The position numbers and the translations under genes are program-made. Of a DNA stretch of 64,000 bases, positions 59,502 to 64,000 are shown in pieces (the stretch's first letter is position 1; each line of letters starts with the position of its first letter). The notes beneath the pieces are model-generated. The model was not told the DNA's origin, ran no database searches, and saw only the letters and a list, made by a program, of their open reading frames with translations. Origin of the DNA: an uncultured virus (IMG/VR IMGVR_UViG_3300033553_000824) (taxonomy: Duplodnaviria > Heunggongvirae > Uroviricota > Caudoviricetes); IMG/VR virus record IMGVR_UViG_3300033553_000824. One strand, written 5' to 3'.

Positions 59502-59769
59502 ACAACCTAAAACGTGATTGTTAACTAATCCAAGATTAGACCCCCAACTAGCAGTGCGAGATAAGGCACACCATAACAAATTTCGCTTTTCAAACCTTAC
59601 AACAAATGTTTTTGATATTATGAACTCAAATAATAGATAAAGCAAAAATACAAAAATATACCCGTTAGGTAACTAACACCCTTAAAAGGAAAGTTTTGTG
59701 CATCCAGTCCGCTGGAAATCATCACTCCTAGATTGGTAAAAACACTAAACCAAAAAAGGAGACATCACA

Positions 59770-60078
59770 ATGTCAAAAGAAATAGATATAATGACCTTTC
59801 TGAAATCAGGACAATTCAGCAAAGGCACAACCGTTGAAATAACAGAACCCGCAGACTACCGAGGCTGCAAAGGTGAGTACGACGGAACTAAATGGGTTCC
59901 CACAAAAGACTCCAGGCCTTGGATCAGCAGACACAACAAAGAGGCCGTATCCCATATATCAAATAACGATCCTGAATACCACAGCAAAGACCACTGGTTA
60001 AGCTACGCAGCATCCACAAACCATATCGTATCTGACAGCCAAGCACATAAAGGCAAACTAATAGTCATAAAAGAATAA
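59770..60078 (+). CDS. Hypothetical protein
   Basis: AAGGAG RBS. Confidence 0.65.
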   Translation: MSKEIDIMTFLKSGQFSKGTTVEITEPADYRGCKGEYDGTKWVPTKDSRPWISRHNKEAVSHISNNDPEYHSKDHWLSYAASTNHIVSDSQAHKGKLIVIKE

Positions 60079-60282
60079 CCTCAAAACAACCACAACTGGC
60101 TTACAGTCGCTAACTTTAAGTCATTAGTTTGGTAAAGATCCTGTCCAACCTAACATTCCAAGATACTGGGATGATAAGCAATGGACGGAGAATATAGCAC
60201 CAACTTACGCTTTGCATCTCACCGTAACTAAGCTATCATCAACACTGCGGAATAGTTAACAACCCATCGGAAAATACACCTC

Positions 60283-60333
60283 AGACACATTAAAACATGC
60301 CTAACAGCCTTTTAGACACATCATAATAGGTCT
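60283..60333. promoter_or_regulatory. Paired 20-bp palindromes (site 3 of 3)
   Basis: AGACACATTAAAACATGCCT and AGACACATCATAATAGGTCT. Confidence 0.65.
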
Positions 60334-60455
60334 AACAGTTGTAACTCGCTAACCCTACAGAGCTGGGATACCCCATCCCAGCAAACATAAACCCGGTTCG
60401 TTAGGAAGCACAAAGAACAAGCGGAAAATTTTCCGCCTTAAATAAGGAGCTTACA

Positions 60456-60680
60456 ATGCCAGACAGAACAATCGTATCAGGTCACATCACACACTCCAGC
60501 GACACCGCATTAACTATAAAAGTTTCAGATAACTATACGCTAATGGCAATCACCTCTGCCACTAAAATTGAAACTAGCCTTGACGTAGGCAACCACATAA
60601 CAGCATATATTGACTTAGGTAAAGTTCTTGTCGCAACTAAAATCCAAGCATATGACCCTGAAAGAAACTTACAACACTGA
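60456..60680 (+). CDS. Hypothetical protein, paralog of 3823-4044
   Basis: Near full-length similarity. Confidence 0.75.
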   Translation: MPDRTIVSGHITHSSDTALTIKVSDNYTLMAITSATKIETSLDVGNHITAYIDLGKVLVATKIQAYDPERNLQH

Positions 60681-60986
60681 AATTCAGGTAGGAGTCAATA
60701 GCATGCCATCCAATAAAGACCTATCTACACAAGAAATCAACGAACACCAATTACAAGAGATGCTCACACTGAAAAACAAAGGACAACTACCTGAAGGCAG
60801 AAGCTGGGGGTCCAGACGATTTCAGCATACCCTCAAAACGACCACAATGGGTTAACGAATGGTTGAACAAAGAAAACGACGACATCTAACTCAGGGGCCA
60901 GGAGCATACTCAACAGCTTCATAGCTTAGAATTTAAGTAAAGCCACTATGCAGTATGTAGAATAACAACCGATATTTACTTCAAAC

Positions 60987-61310
60987 ATGGCGGAGGTGTA
61001 TCCCCAAATGAACAACAACACAAAAACCCCATCAAAACGCCACACCCTCGTCCTAAACACAATACATGACTTAGGGTTAAACAACCCAAGACTCGTAGGC
61101 TCCGTAGCAAGAAACGAAGACACAGAAAACTCTGACATTGACATACTAGTCGAAGGTGAATACAAAAGTATTATGGCTCTCGTTAGAAGCGAACGTGAAC
61201 TCGGAGAAACACTAGGAAATAAAGTAGAAATCATAGTCGAAAACGAAATACACAAACACATACTAGATCACATGTTAAAAGACGCTGAGAAAATAGGAGA
61301 ACAACAATGA
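60987..61310 (+). CDS. Minimal nucleotidyltransferase (MNT family)
   Basis: VGSVARNEDTENSDIDILV, LG.KVEI; start may be the Met at 61008. Confidence 0.85.
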   Translation: MAEVYPQMNNNTKTPSKRHTLVLNTIHDLGLNNPRLVGSVARNEDTENSDIDILVEGEYKSIMALVRSERELGETLGNKVEIIVENEIHKHILDHMLKDAEKIGEQQ

Positions 61311-61513
61311 AACTACCAGAAACCGAACCCGAAATTACCGTAACAGTCGGAACCAAAGAATACAACATCCCACTTTCAGCAATGGTATCCCAAGAAGAAT
61401 TCGACGCTGCGGTCTTGAATGCTCAAATTCGTCACAACCTTAAAACCCCTTCAGTAAGCGAAGACACCATCCTAAGCCTACCAGGTCTTGAAGGAATGAC
61501 ATTCGCCTCCTAA
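61307..61513 (+). CDS. Hypothetical protein coupled to the MNT gene
   Basis: ATGA overlap; AGGAG RBS. Confidence 0.6.
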   Translation: MKLPETEPEITVTVGTKEYNIPLSAMVSQEEFDAAVLNAQIRHNLKTPSVSEDTILSLPGLEGMTFAS

Positions 61514-61615
61514 AGCAAACTCAACAGTATTATAAAGATCAAAACACTACCCCGCTCCTCAGCTTCTGAGTTGGTTGCCGATATTATTTTAGGGTATAGT
61601 AAAATATGAGGCAAT

Positions 61616-62509
61616 ATGGAGATATTATCCAACAGAGAGTTGGCTGGTATAATTATTGCTGCACCTGCCGTGATACTTATACTATTTCTTTTAGTTAAAG
61701 AAAAAAGTCTTGCTAATCTTGTTAAAATTTTCTTTTCAAGCAAGTACTTGTGGGGGTTTTCAATAACCTATGTTTTCATCTGCGGTATTTCTGCTTTTTA
61801 TCTGTATCAACTAAATATACTTACTCTGTATAGCGCTTATGAAATGATTGTTATATTCTTAGCCGGATTTGTTTTTATATTTAATTTAAAAGAAAAACGA
61901 TCTATATTAAAATTAGATAACAAATATTACATAAAATCTACCTTGTCTGTTGTGTCCTTTACCGCTATTTTTGTAGTATTTATGAATCTTTATTCTTTTC
62001 CCCTATGGTTTGAAATTGTATTGGGAATCCTGTTATTCTTAATTATTCTTATAAAATCAGTAGTACCTGAGCCTAGGATTGTGCAGAAAAGCGCAAATGT
62101 TATAATTATTATTTCCGTGACAGGAGCCTTATTCTACTCTGCCAGCTCTGCTTATATTTCTTACCAGACTGGTGAACTAGGTAAGGATATCACTGAGCTA
62201 ACTAATGAACTAATTTTATCTTTTTACTTTTCAATAATTATATCGATGTTAGGTTATCTAATTGCTATTTTTACTCATTATAATAGAATGATAAGAACAC
62301 ATATAGATGGTCAGATTTTCAATATTAGAAGAGGGGAAGTTGCTAGCAAACTGAAACGAAAAATAATTCTCTATTGTGGCTTTAACCTTAATAGGTGGAT
62401 TAAGATTTCGCCGTATGTAGTGAGTGAATTTGTTAGGGCTAAAACTCGGCAAGATGTGGATGTAATTTGGGGTAAGTTGAAACAGCGGGATTTCTCACCA
62501 GCACGATAA
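61616..62509 (+). CDS. Polytopic membrane protein (AT-rich)
   Basis: Many hydrophobic helices; CCGATA upstream. Confidence 0.75.
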   Translation: MEILSNRELAGIIIAAPAVILILFLLVKEKSLANLVKIFFSSKYLWGFSITYVFICGISAFYLYQLNILTLYSAYEMIVIFLAGFVFIFNLKEKRSILKLDNKYYIKSTLSVVSFTAIFVVFMNLYSFPLWFEIVLGILLFLIILIKSVVPEPRIVQKSANVIIIISVTGALFYSASSAYISYQTGELGKDITELTNELILSFYFSIIISMLGYLIAIFTHYNRMIRTHIDGQIFNIRRGEVASKLKRKIILYCGFNLNRWIKISPYVVSEFVRAKTRQDVDVIWGKLKQRDFSPAR

Positions 62510-62603
62510 ACTAAAAATACCTAAATATTTAACATTGTCTACCATTTCTTACCAACATATCCGATAGATATAGTGGACAGGAAAGGTTAGGTGGTTTTCA
62601 GTT

Positions 62604-64000
62604 ATGGCAACTTCAAGCCCTCCTCTTTCGGAAACCAACCCTGAACTATTAGCGTTTTGGGATTATGAAAGAAACCACACTGAAGGTTGGTCTCCCAATA
62701 AACTACAAGCGGGTTCCGGTAAGCACACCCATTGGAAACACTGGCATGAAACTGTTTTACCTACTGGTGAGGAATGGGCTGGTTGGCATGAGTGGACACG
62801 TTCAGTGCAGAACCAGAAGAAATACAAAAGCTGCCCCGTATGTGAAGGCCAAACTATCCTTAAAGGTTTCAACGACATTTTTACACGCTTCCCGCATCTT
62901 GAAGAAGAATGGGATGTTGAACTCAACAACGAAGCTGGAATAGACCCTTACGTTATCAAACCTGGAAACAAAGCCCATCATGCTCATTGGAAACACTGGC
63001 ATGAAACAACTTTACTCAACGGTAAAAAATGGGCAGGCTGGCATAAATGGGAGATGAGCCCCAACAGCCGCACCCATGCAACTACACCACAATCATGCCC
63101 TATATGTGGTAAAACAAAACTCCTCAAAGGATACAACGACTTAGCGACAACCCACCCTCACCTACTCAAAGAATGGGACTACAAGAACAACCCGGATGTT
63201 AAACCTGAAGAGATTTTCGCAGGCACACATTCTTACGTTAACTGGCAATGCACTGAAGGGCACACCTGGAAAGCCAAAACATACGCCAGAGCATACATAG
63301 GAAGTGGATGCCCTAAATGTAAAGGCCGGATATCTATTCCCGGTAAAACAGACTTAGCAACTTTGTACCCTGAAATCGCTAAACAATGGCACCCCACAAA
63401 AAACGGTAAACTCATCCCATCAGAGTTCCTAGTTTCGTCCGGCATGATAGTATGGTGGGCTCATGAGCTACCTGACGGTTCTTTACATGAATGGGAATCC
63501 CCTGTTTCTTACAGAACATCAAATAAAAAGAAAACGAAGGTAGATGGAACTGTTTATGATGGTGACGGCTGCCCTGTGTGTTTGAACAGGCGTTTAATTC
63601 CTGGGGTGAATGATTTAGCTACACTCTACCCTGAGATAGCTAAAATGTGGCATCCAACTATGAATGGTGATTTGAAACCATCAGAGGTCACTGCTGGCGG
63701 GGTAACCCAATACTGGTGGCAACATGAAGCTGATGAGAAAACGCCTCATGAATGGAAAGCAAGCCCTGAAAATATTGTTAACAACGGTGGGTGTATAAGA
63801 TGCCTCAGAGGTTCCATAGCAGAAAGAGAACTAGCGGATTTCATCAGCTCAGAACTGAACGTATTAGTGAAAACCAGCGTAAGGAACATAATACAACATG
63901 AACTAGATATTTATATACCCTCAAAGAACCTTGCTATAGAGTTCAACGGGTTATACTGGCATAGTGACGCTATGGGTAAAGACAGAAACTACCATTACAA
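62604..64000 (+). CDS. Repeated zinc-ribbon (DUF4379-like) protein with C-terminal endonuclease-like domain; runs off the window
   Basis: Manual translation: repeated G.NDLAT..P.....W...N...W.....H.W...CP.C, then ELDIYIPSKNLAIEFNGLYWHSD in the same frame. Confidence 0.85.
   Translation, partial: MATSSPPLSETNPELLAFWDYERNHTEGWSPNKLQAGSGKHTHWKHWHETVLPTGEEWAGWHEWTRSVQNQKKYKSCPVCEGQTILKGFNDIFTRFPHLEEEWDVELNNEAGIDPYVIKPGNKAHHAHWKHWHETTLLNGKKWAGWHKWEMSPNSRTHATTPQSCPICGKTKLLKGYNDLATTHPHLLKEWDYKNNPDVKPEEIFAGTHSYVNWQCTEGHTWKAKTYARAYIGSGCPKCKGRISIPGKTDLATLYPEIAKQWHPTKNGKLIPSEFLVSSGMIVWWAHELPDGSLHEWESPVSYRTSNKKKTKVDGTVYDGDGCPVCLNRRLIPGVNDLATLYPEIAKMWHPTMNGDLKPSEVTAGGVTQYWWQHEADEKTPHEWKASPENIVNNGGCIRCLRGSIAERELADFISSELNVLVKTSVRNIIQHELDIYIPSKNLAIEFNGLYWHSDAMGKDRNYHY

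Noticed and set aside
60080..60280. tRNA or other ncRNA in long intergenic gaps (also 54300-54530)
   Set aside because: No cloverleaf, T-loop or other recognisable RNA signature was found by eye.

Overview
AT-rich (roughly 40% GC by eye) 64-kb segment of what looks like a jumbo phage or giant extrachromosomal element infecting an actinobacterium. It holds dense small hypothetical genes, many in paralogous families, and actinobacterial-type envelope genes (LAxTG sortase substrate, CAP plus cell-wall-binding repeat 2, DUF2510, DUF4190, LemA, HtpX). It also carries DNA methylase/nuclease genes and accessory enzymes (KptA, EEP, MBL hydrolase, ornithine cyclodeaminase, GNATs, nucleotidyltransferases). 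No virion, cas, rRNA or tRNA genes were recognised. The most unusual feature is a cas-less array of four type I-E-like CRISPR repeats (31348-32055) with one normal 32-nt spacer and two gene-sized inserts of 268 and 291 nt. One insert is a complete foreign expression cassette (TTGACA-N17-CATACT promoter, RBS, 62-aa ORF). Other signals are two element-wide promoter-like motifs (CCGATA, sigma28-like, and CGTTAG), paired 20-bp palindromes 31 bp apart at three loci, a 3x56-nt hairpin repeat in a gene leader, a 20-bp tandem repeat, a toxin-antitoxin-like module flanked by 27-bp direct repeats, and a reused promoter/leader fused to different membrane cargo. All family assignments are motif recognition from memory, not database searches.
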